Assembly (NCBI GenBank): GCA_033721955.1
Contig: JAWVZY010000001.1
Location: 1 to 38,327 of the forward strand
Reading direction: 5' to 3'
Origin: Candidatus Spechtbacterales bacterium
Lineage (GTDB): Bacteria; Patescibacteriota; Minisyncoccia; Spechtbacterales; 2-12-FULL-38-22
Length of the DNA: 38,327 nt
Notes under the pieces: model-generated
The model's database searches: none
Seen by the model: only the letters and a program-made list of their open reading frames with translations
Told to the model about the DNA's origin: nothing
Program-made: the position numbers and the translations under genes
In this document: piece by piece, positions 7,305-15,034 of the stretch
How the letters are laid out: each line of letters starts with the position of its first letter
Position numbering within the stretch: the first letter of the stretch is position 1

Positions 7305-9428
7305 ATGTCCTCACAAGATGAACTCAATTCGAAAGGAGGTGGAGACGTGAGCGATAAGAAAGAAATAATTGTGCCCGAAAACAAAACCCTTAGTTTTCAT
7401 TTAAACGCGGTACTTGAAGAGGAAAGACGTTTTGAGAACGCATTTCAAGGCGTCTCCAGGATGATACTGGAGCAAGGCGTAGAAAAGGAAACAAGAGGCG
7501 GCAGAACTACTTACGATTTTCCCTTTTTCCGACAAGGAAAGAGGCATATCGTTGGTTGGTATGATGAGATAAACGCATTTGTAAACTTTGTACAGGAGGG
7601 CGCTCGAGGAGGCGCGGGTGCTGAACAGGCATTCGTCCTTATTGGTGAGCCCGGCAACGGTAAAACCTTTTTTGTGGAATACGTATCCACCGGTTACAGG
7701 CGATTTTTGTCAGAGCCGGAGAATACAAAATACACAATAGAATTTGTGAATCTGGATAGGATTAGTAAATACGAAAGACTTCCCGTTATTCAGTCGCAGA
7801 CATTTGAGGATCCACTTATTCTTGCCATGAACCTTTATCAGGCAGAGGACAAGAACAGGGAATTCCTGGCTGAGGCTGGATTTAGTGAGAAAGAAAATAT
7901 TTCTAAGTTCTATGATAACTACCGCCCTTTGGGTGCGTGTACCGAATATATCTGGGATGACATCCGTAATTATTGCGATGGTGATATGGGAAAGATGCTC
8001 TCATTTGTGAGAGTTGTTCCTGTACCCATTGCTGAGAGTTTGGGGACAGTAACCGGTAAATATTCAGCCGGCGATAAGATAACATCCTCTGCTACAGATC
8101 TTCTGGGCGAGCAGGATATATCACGCTTGTTGAACCTGGCGGAAGATACCAACCACCCCTACAAATACAATGTGCGCATAGGCGCTCTTGCACGCGTAGG
8201 CGGCGGAGGCATCCATTTCTCCGATGAGATATTTAAGAATAAAAAAGATCTTGTGCAGATATATTTGCAGGTTATCCAAAACAGGAATATTGAACTTGAT
8301 GGTTATAGATGGCCTATAGATACTCTTATTATCGCGACAAGCAATAATTCAGAGTATAATACATTTATTTCTGAAAAGGAGCAGGCCCCTGTTAAAGACA
8401 GGAGCACAACCTGTTACGTATCTCACAATACCCATTACAAAGAGCAAGAAAAGCTAACACGATATGTGCTTGGCTCAGAGAAGAAGTCAACAGTTGAGGG
8501 TGAGAATCTTCATGAAGATCCCAACCTCAATTACGCGCTTTCAGTGGCAGCCACGCTTACCCGTCTTCCTCATAGCAAGAAACTGTCTCCTATTGAGACA
8601 ATGAAGCTTGAGGCTGATGAAGTAGCAGGTGATAAGGGTGTAAAAACTCTTCAGGAAGTTAAAGATATAGCTAATACCAACCAGGATGTTACAAAGCGTT
8701 GGGGTCAGAAGGGTATCGGGCATAGAGGCCTGGGCAGAACTGTCCAACGCATGCTTTCTATGGCTGAGACCCACGAAGGCAAATGTCTTTTTGCCAAAGA
8801 CGCTTTTGACGCGTTGGAGCGAGAGATAATTGATTATGTGCCCGAGAGCACGGATCGTCAGAAATTTGAACAAGATGTTCAGGTAGCGCGCGAACTTTAC
8901 AGGGAGCGCATCAAGACAGAGATCTATAATGCATTCAGGGATGACCCTGATGCCATTAGGAAAGATGTCATGGCATATGTGAATATGGTTATCGGCATTG
9001 ATTCTGAACAACTTGGTCCCGATAAAATTTGGAGATATAAAGATCCCCAGACAGGAAAATTGACTCCTATCAAAATAGATGAACGCTTTATTGATAGCGT
9101 TGAATCGCGCATGGGACTTAATTCTCAGGAAAGGCGCGACGCCCATCGCACAAGTATTCGCAAGATATATGGACAGAAGATAAGTACTGATCCTTCATAC
9201 GACTTTATGGATAACGAGAAATTGGTTAAGGCCGTTACAGATGTGCGGCTTGAATCTGATGTTGCAGGTGCCGGTTCTTTGGTCGGCGCTCTGAGCAATC
9301 GTACCCATGAAGAGAATGTTGAGATCTACAACAGAATGGTAAACACAATGTTTAAGAAGCTGGGTTATTGTAATACCTGTGCTGAAAAAACAATCGAGTA
9401 CTTCTGTGAAAAAGACGATGAAACTTGA
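7305..9428 (+). CDS. prkA: PrkA family AAA+ protein (PrkA/YeaG; annotated serine protein kinase)
   Basis: 707 aa with Walker A GEPGNGKT and a GGGIHFSDEIFK Walker B region. Size and layout match PrkA/YeaG, and it is followed by DUF444 and SpoVR genes as in yeaG-yeaH / prkA-yhbH loci. An in-frame GTG at 7347 also has a strong SD (gaaaggaggtgg), so the start is ambiguous by 14 codons. Confidence 0.85.
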   Translation: MSSQDELNSKGGGDVSDKKEIIVPENKTLSFHLNAVLEEERRFENAFQGVSRMILEQGVEKETRGGRTTYDFPFFRQGKRHIVGWYDEINAFVNFVQEGARGGAGAEQAFVLIGEPGNGKTFFVEYVSTGYRRFLSEPENTKYTIEFVNLDRISKYERLPVIQSQTFEDPLILAMNLYQAEDKNREFLAEAGFSEKENISKFYDNYRPLGACTEYIWDDIRNYCDGDMGKMLSFVRVVPVPIAESLGTVTGKYSAGDKITSSATDLLGEQDISRLLNLAEDTNHPYKYNVRIGALARVGGGGIHFSDEIFKNKKDLVQIYLQVIQNRNIELDGYRWPIDTLIIATSNNSEYNTFISEKEQAPVKDRSTTCYVSHNTHYKEQEKLTRYVLGSEKKSTVEGENLHEDPNLNYALSVAATLTRLPHSKKLSPIETMKLEADEVAGDKGVKTLQEVKDIANTNQDVTKRWGQKGIGHRGLGRTVQRMLSMAETHEGKCLFAKDAFDALEREIIDYVPESTDRQKFEQDVQVARELYRERIKTEIYNAFRDDPDAIRKDVMAYVNMVIGIDSEQLGPDKIWRYKDPQTGKLTPIKIDERFIDSVESRMGLNSQERRDAHRTSIRKIYGQKISTDPSYDFMDNEKLVKAVTDVRLESDVAGAGSLVGALSNRTHEENVEIYNRMVNTMFKKLGYCNTCAEKTIEYFCEKDDET

Positions 9429-9433
9429 TCTTA

Positions 9434-9462
9434 AAACCCCTCCCGATCGGAGGGGTTTATTT
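9434..9462 (+). terminator. Hairpin plus short T-run after prkA (terminator or attenuator)
   Basis: aaacccctcc-cgat-cggaggggttt followed by attt. Only about 35 nt remain before the next start codon. Confidence 0.6.
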
Positions 9463-9497
9463 ACAAAAACATCTTAAATGAAAGGAGGTGTTAGACA

Positions 9498-10826
9498 ATG
9501 AATAATGATAAAAATAGAAATGAAGAGTATATGACTGAGTTGGATAGAATAATGATGCGCCAGCGCGCTAAAGAAGAGCTTGAAATAGAGTATGGGCTAC
9601 GCAAGAGGCGTGATATAACCGGCATGGCCACAGCGCTTGAATCCATGAAAGATATTCAAGAACGTGAAAAACAAAGAGAAGAAGACGGACTTCCCAGAAA
9701 AGTGAAATATAGAAGGATCTTGGTTGGGCCCGGCAAAGTTATTACCGTCCCTTACGTGGAAGAGGAGCATCTGACTCATGGGGAGTCAGAGCCAAAGAGC
9801 ATCATTGATGAATATGGTAGTAACTTTGCAATCGGTCGCAGTGATGATGACATCATAACTTCTCCCGGAAGCGGAGAAGGTGAAGAGGGCGAAGTTATAG
9901 GTGAACGACCTCTTCCTTTAGGCGGAGAGGGCGAAGAAGGCCAGGAAGCTGGTGAAGATGAGGGTGAGCATGATATTGAAGAAGAGGCATATGAGATAGG
10001 CCAGCGCATTAGTGAACAGCTGGAATTGCCAAATCTTTCAGAGAAAAGAAAGAAATTTCCAACAAATGAATATACTTATGACCTGACAGATCGCCATCGT
10101 GGTTCCGGCCAATTCTTAGATAAGAAGGAATCTCTTAAACGTATTACGAAAACCAATATTCTTCTTGGGCGTACGGACAGAGATAATCCCAATCCTAAGG
10201 ATATGATAGTGGTTCCTCAAGATAAGGTATATCGCGTACTCTCTCGTGAGAGGGTTTGGAAATCCCAGGCGGTGGTATGCTTTTTGAGAGATTATTCGAT
10301 CTCTATGTATGGCGAACCCACAGAAGCTCTTGTGTCACAGCACTTGCTGATATATTCGTGGCTGCTAACACAGTACGAGAAGCGGGTTATTCCCAGATTC
10401 TTTGTACATGATGTAAATTGTCGCGAGGTAACGGCGAGACAGTATTTTCGACTTAGTGCCGGAGGCGGTACGTTTATACCCTCGGGTTATCAGAAGATAA
10501 ATGAGGTAGTAGAAAGTGAAGGCCTCCAGGACGAGTATGATATATTTGTCTTTCAGGGCAGTGATGGAGATGATGGCGATTGGCGGGGCGATGTAGCTAT
10601 TCCCGAGCTGGAAAAGATACTGAGCTACGCCAACCGTATGGGTGTTACACTATTTAAGCATCCTTATCGACTTGAAACAGGGACGGAAACAACCTTTGAG
10701 GGTTACATTAATGAGTCAGGCATTCCTGAGCGTAAAGATGTGTTTCGTATGCACATTATGCCAAGCACGGATGTAACAGAGGAGATGAATATTGAGGCAC
10801 TTAAGGCGCTTATTGCTCAGGATTAG
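9498..10826 (+). CDS. yhbH: YeaH/YhbH family protein (DUF444, vWA-like with MIDAS motif)
   Basis: 442 aa with an acidic Gly/Glu-rich linker (GEGEEGE...GEDEGEHDIEEE). A DxSxS MIDAS-like motif occurs in FLRDYSISMYG. It sits between prkA and spoVR. Confidence 0.8.
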   Translation: MNNDKNRNEEYMTELDRIMMRQRAKEELEIEYGLRKRRDITGMATALESMKDIQEREKQREEDGLPRKVKYRRILVGPGKVITVPYVEEEHLTHGESEPKSIIDEYGSNFAIGRSDDDIITSPGSGEGEEGEVIGERPLPLGGEGEEGQEAGEDEGEHDIEEEAYEIGQRISEQLELPNLSEKRKKFPTNEYTYDLTDRHRGSGQFLDKKESLKRITKTNILLGRTDRDNPNPKDMIVVPQDKVYRVLSRERVWKSQAVVCFLRDYSISMYGEPTEALVSQHLLIYSWLLTQYEKRVIPRFFVHDVNCREVTARQYFRLSAGGGTFIPSGYQKINEVVESEGLQDEYDIFVFQGSDGDDGDWRGDVAIPELEKILSYANRMGVTLFKHPYRLETGTETTFEGYINESGIPERKDVFRMHIMPSTDVTEEMNIEALKALIAQD

Positions 10827-10874
10827 CGCCTTGAGCTCAGTTAACTACACTAGACAAAAGAAAGGAGGTAGAGA

Positions 10875-12578
10875 ATGAAATTGCTTAACCAGAGAATGAA
10901 AGCGGAAATGGAAAGATGTAAAGATGTAGCTCGCAGTGAGGGTTTGCAGTTTGACGATAACACGCTTGAATACATAGTTAGCAACAGGGATATGCTTGAG
11001 CTCAAGCCCAAGATAATGATCCCGACCCTCTATGATTATTGGGTTCATGATGTTGGCGCCATACGCAACAGATGGATATATGATGTATATCCCAATAACC
11101 CCTATGAGACAGTTATTAACACGCGTCCAGCAATGTCTTTTTATAACCAGGATAATACCGATTGGTTTAATGTGATGATCTTTTATCACGTTTTGGGCCA
11201 CATTGATTATTTCCAGAATAATATTTATTCCAGAAATACCTGGGATGATGACTTTGCAGGGCAAGCTTTGGCTGATAAGCGTCTTATCAACAGGATCCGC
11301 GATGAGCTGGATACTGAAAGAAGATGGGTCGATTATGTTATTGAGTTTTCAAGAGCTATTGATAACCTTGTAGGTTATTATCCTGAACTGAAAGAGACAG
11401 ATAAGAAAGATTACCCTGAAATGTTTGGTTTGGTTTCTGAGAGAGTAGATTATTACTTCGGACAGTTCCTGCAGGAACGCTACGAAGATGGTCAAGTTGA
11501 TCTGAATTTTTACCACAAGGAGATAGACAGGCTTAATAAATTTACCCAGCGCTTGGGTGAAGAAGAAGGGGAGAAGGCATTTTTTGAAGATCTTCGCCTT
11601 AGGGGTAAATTCCCTGAGTTTGGAGATGTTTTCAAAAAATGGAAAAAGAAAGAAAACAAACCCATGCCAAAGGATATTTTTGAATATCTTTGGGAAAATT
11701 CAAGTGTTCTCAATGATGAAGATAATCTATGGATGAAAGATGTGATGCAGGTTATAAGGCGCACATCGCTTTATTTCCAGCCGCAGATGCGAAGCAAGAT
11801 AGCTAACGAGGGATGGGCAAGCTTCTGGCATGAGCGCCTGTTTATACAGGATGAGCATATTGAAGGCCATGAGGTTGACTATTCCATAGTTAATTCAGGA
11901 GTTACCGCTTCGCCTCGCGTGGGGCTAAACCCATACGCTACTGGCATGAAGCTTTTTGAATTTATTGAAGAGCTGGGGCGCAAAGGACGCCTTTCGCGTG
12001 AATATCAGCTGCTAGATAGAATTGAAGACAGAAGGAATTATGATAGCGGAGGGGGCGAGGCCGCCGGTAAAGAGGCCTTGTTCGCGGCCAGGAAATATCT
12101 TAACGATGAAGGCCTGATAGATTTTCTCTCTGAGAAGGACTTTCAGGATTTTGTTGATAAAAACAAGCTTTTTATTGCGGGCATCAGGCCTCACAGGGAT
12201 CCCTATAAATGGGACAGGGCTGAAGTGTATATTAAAAGCAGAGATGGCGAAGAGTATAGGAAATTGCTTAAAGAGCAGTTATATCATCCTCCAAACATAA
12301 AGATAAACGAAAAGAAGGCCTATGATTTTGAAGTTGAACTGTATTTGGATCACATTTATGAGGGCAAAGCCCTGGTTGAAAAGTATATTGAACCCGCGCT
12401 CAGAGGGTTGGAATTCCTTGCAGGCGGGCCCGTAGTGCTTGAAACCACCGAATATGAGGAGGTTTATCCTAGTGATTGGTGGGAGTGGCATGAATGGGGT
12501 TACGAGCCTAAGCATAGAATGATTAGAGTCGTCTATATATGCGAAGATGGATATGTCTTCAGAGATGAGCTTTACTAA
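10875..12578 (+). CDS. spoVR: SpoVR family protein (SpoVR/YcgB)
   Basis: 567 aa with the ANEGWASFWHERLF signature block and FYHVLGHIDYF. It lies 48 nt after yhbH with no intervening hairpin, so the two are probably co-transcribed. Confidence 0.85.
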   Translation: MKLLNQRMKAEMERCKDVARSEGLQFDDNTLEYIVSNRDMLELKPKIMIPTLYDYWVHDVGAIRNRWIYDVYPNNPYETVINTRPAMSFYNQDNTDWFNVMIFYHVLGHIDYFQNNIYSRNTWDDDFAGQALADKRLINRIRDELDTERRWVDYVIEFSRAIDNLVGYYPELKETDKKDYPEMFGLVSERVDYYFGQFLQERYEDGQVDLNFYHKEIDRLNKFTQRLGEEEGEKAFFEDLRLRGKFPEFGDVFKKWKKKENKPMPKDIFEYLWENSSVLNDEDNLWMKDVMQVIRRTSLYFQPQMRSKIANEGWASFWHERLFIQDEHIEGHEVDYSIVNSGVTASPRVGLNPYATGMKLFEFIEELGRKGRLSREYQLLDRIEDRRNYDSGGGEAAGKEALFAARKYLNDEGLIDFLSEKDFQDFVDKNKLFIAGIRPHRDPYKWDRAEVYIKSRDGEEYRKLLKEQLYHPPNIKINEKKAYDFEVELYLDHIYEGKALVEKYIEPALRGLEFLAGGPVVLETTEYEEVYPSDWWEWHEWGYEPKHRMIRVVYICEDGYVFRDELY

Positions 12579-12590
12579 ATTGTACCTATA

Positions 12591-12630
12591 AACCGGCGTT
12601 GATTATATTGATCAAGCCGGTTTTTTATTT
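12591..12630 (+). terminator. Intrinsic terminator after spoVR
   Basis: accggcgttgat-tatattg-atcaagccggt (one bulge) followed by ttttttattt. Confidence 0.75.
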
Positions 12631-12756
12631 GAATTGACCTTGTTTTTTTAGCTGAAATCAAGTAATATACTATATAAGTTTTACAGCGACATGTAGAAAG
12701 GAGTTGCTGGAAATGCACCTTAAAAATAACAAAATACAGAAAGGAGGTGTTTGCTG

Positions 12757-14964
12757 ATGAGTAGTGAAAACCAAGCTATGAGTTTTTTGCGGGAGCAGTT
12801 TGAGCGTAAAGAAAAGCGTGTTAGTTTGACATTTGAGCAATATTTGGAGGCCGTACAGCAAGAACCCGGCCTTCTTTTGCGCAATGTTTTTCAGCTTTAT
12901 TATGACATGGTAGATGAATATGTTGAGGCTGAAGAGAGTGAATATAGCGAAGACCCCGAATTTATAGGTTTTGTAAAGTATGACTGCTCAAAACTGTTTA
13001 TTGACGGGGCTGATAATCCGTTTTTTGCAGATACCCCATTTGCCAATAGATTTGTTAGGCAGGCCAAGAGTTTGCGTCAAGGTTATCAGCAAAACAGGAT
13101 ATATGTATATGATGGACCAAGTGGCGCGGGAAAAAGCACTTTTCTCAACAACCTTCTCCGCTCTTTTGAGGCATACACCAAAACTGCCAGAGGAACCGTA
13201 TATGAAACAGTTTGGAAGATAGATGAAGGTGTCATTTTGGAAAATGATGATGATGCGGGAACATTTATAGTACCGTGTCCAAGTCATGATTACCCTATTC
13301 TTATTATTCCAAAAAGTTATCGGGGCGAGTTTCTCAAGAGACTTCTTCACGGAAGTTCAGAGATAAAGGATAAGATATTCGGCGATAAAGAATATTCCTG
13401 GGTTTTGCGCTCAGAGGCATGCACTATTTGTAGGTCAATATTTGATGCTTTGCTTCGAAAATTGGGATCTGTTGAGGATGTGCTGGCCATGGTTAGTGCA
13501 AGACCTTACAGGTTTGACCGCAGCAGGGGAGAGGGCATTAGTATCTTTAACCCTGGTGACAAATCATTTGTTGCCCGAGGCAAGGAAGGCGCGAAGCGCG
13601 GCATTTACTTTACTAATGAAGGCATACAGAAGCGCCTGGACAGATTATTTGGTCCGGAGGCAGTACGTTACATATATTCGCCTCAGGCAAAAACAAATAA
13701 CGGTATTTACGCTCTCATGGATGTAAAGGAGCATAACAGAGAGCGTCTGACAGAGCTTCACAATATAATTAGTGAAGGAGTTCACAGGGTTGGAGATATT
13801 GAAGAGCGTATTCATTCTCTATTCTTTGCCCTTATGAACGAAGAAGATAAGAGCGTATTTGAAGATATGGAATCACTTAGGGGAAGAGTACAGGAAAACC
13901 ATATATCTTATGTTTTGGAGCCCGAGACCGAGGCAAATATCTATCGTAATGTGTTTGGCAAAACCATTGACAGGAGATTTTTGCCCAGAATCCTTGAGAA
14001 TTTCGCTCGTGTAATAATTTCTTCCCGCATGAACACAAAGTGTGAACCGCAGGAAGAATGGATATCTGATATGAGTAAGTATAAGCTCTATTGTGATAAA
14101 GACGGGCTTTTGCTTAGGATGAAGCTGTATAGAGGCGATATACCAAGCTGGCTTTCTCAAGAAGACAGAAAAAACTTTACCGCCCCTATACGCAAGGCAA
14201 TAATCGCCGAAGGCCAGAATGAAGGAAATGATGGTATTGACGGCAGGAGATCCATAGCCCTGTTTAGCGATTTCTATAATCGTTATCAGGATAAGGATAA
14301 TCTTATAAATATGGAGAATTTGGTGGAATTTTTTGAAAAGGAAGCTGGTAAAGATATAAAATCTCAAATACCTGACAAGTTCCTAAGTTCGCTGGTGGAT
14401 TCATATGATTATATGGTCCTAAACGAAGTTAAAGAGGCGCTTTATTTCTATAATAAAGCCCAGATAGAACGCGACCTGCTTAACTTTTTGTGTGCTACCA
14501 GTTATGATCTGGGAGACACTATACGCTGCAGCCATACAGGTGAAGATATAGAAGTTACAGGAAGTTTCTTTAAACTCATGGCAAAGCGCATACTTGGCAA
14601 AGACCTTGGTGTTAAAGCAGCTTTGGAGTATGCCAAGGGCATACAGCAGAAATATATTACGATCATTGCAAGTAGGGATAAAGATATAAGGGATACAGAT
14701 CTATATGAAGAATTGTTTAACGCCTGCATGCGCCACCTTAAAGACGAGGTTTTGGAGCCCTTTAGCGAGAGTAAGAGCTTTAGAGAAGCTGTTAAGGCCT
14801 ATGATACCGCGGCATTTGATAAATTTGATATAAGAATAAAAGATCACGTCAATCATATGATAGAGAATCTAAGAGAGGTCTTTGACTACTCCCAACAGGG
14901 AGCACAGGAGATCGCTTTGTATGTTTTGGATAAGAATTTGGCAGAGAAATACTCTTCTGAGTAA
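12757..14964 (+). CDS. Second, divergent PrkA-like AAA+ protein
   Basis: About 735 aa. The N-terminal LTFEQYLEAVQQEPGLLLRNVF resembles the PrkA N-terminus, and Walker A is GPSGAGKST. Blocks CPSHDYPILIIP and GEGISIFNPGDK resemble conserved PrkA AAA-domain blocks. ATG 12757 sits 7 nt after SD aaggaggtg; the ORF-track start is TTG 12751. Confidence 0.7.
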   Translation: MSSENQAMSFLREQFERKEKRVSLTFEQYLEAVQQEPGLLLRNVFQLYYDMVDEYVEAEESEYSEDPEFIGFVKYDCSKLFIDGADNPFFADTPFANRFVRQAKSLRQGYQQNRIYVYDGPSGAGKSTFLNNLLRSFEAYTKTARGTVYETVWKIDEGVILENDDDAGTFIVPCPSHDYPILIIPKSYRGEFLKRLLHGSSEIKDKIFGDKEYSWVLRSEACTICRSIFDALLRKLGSVEDVLAMVSARPYRFDRSRGEGISIFNPGDKSFVARGKEGAKRGIYFTNEGIQKRLDRLFGPEAVRYIYSPQAKTNNGIYALMDVKEHNRERLTELHNIISEGVHRVGDIEERIHSLFFALMNEEDKSVFEDMESLRGRVQENHISYVLEPETEANIYRNVFGKTIDRRFLPRILENFARVIISSRMNTKCEPQEEWISDMSKYKLYCDKDGLLLRMKLYRGDIPSWLSQEDRKNFTAPIRKAIIAEGQNEGNDGIDGRRSIALFSDFYNRYQDKDNLINMENLVEFFEKEAGKDIKSQIPDKFLSSLVDSYDYMVLNEVKEALYFYNKAQIERDLLNFLCATSYDLGDTIRCSHTGEDIEVTGSFFKLMAKRILGKDLGVKAALEYAKGIQQKYITIIASRDKDIRDTDLYEELFNACMRHLKDEVLEPFSESKSFREAVKAYDTAAFDKFDIRIKDHVNHMIENLREVFDYSQQGAQEIALYVLDKNLAEKYSSE

Positions 14965-14982
14965 CTAATAAGTACATAATAT

Positions 14983-15009
14983 AAAGCATCCTTTACAGGG
15001 TGCTTTTTT
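14983..15009 (+). terminator. Intrinsic terminator after the PrkA-like gene
   Basis: aaagcatcc-tttaca-gggtgcttt followed by a T-run. Confidence 0.7.
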
Positions 15010-15034
15010 ATATATACAATACTGAAGGTAAATC

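Noticed and set aside
8541-9146. 201-aa antisense ORF inside prkA. Similar antisense ORFs occur at 10845-11264, 13873-14367, 12988-13350, 17727-18116 and 21333-21782.
   Set aside because: Each lies fully within a well-supported gene on the opposite strand. They have no SD, their composition is low-complexity and Leu/Ser/Phe-rich, and they are typical shadow ORFs.
13700-13790. Apparent degenerate Walker B in the second PrkA-like protein (IYALMDV versus IHFSDE in the first copy), suggesting an inactive ATPase
   Set aside because: An acidic residue (D) is still aligned with the conserved Glu. As far as I recall, PrkA/YeaG proteins themselves deviate from the classical hhhhDE motif here. It cannot be judged without a family alignment.
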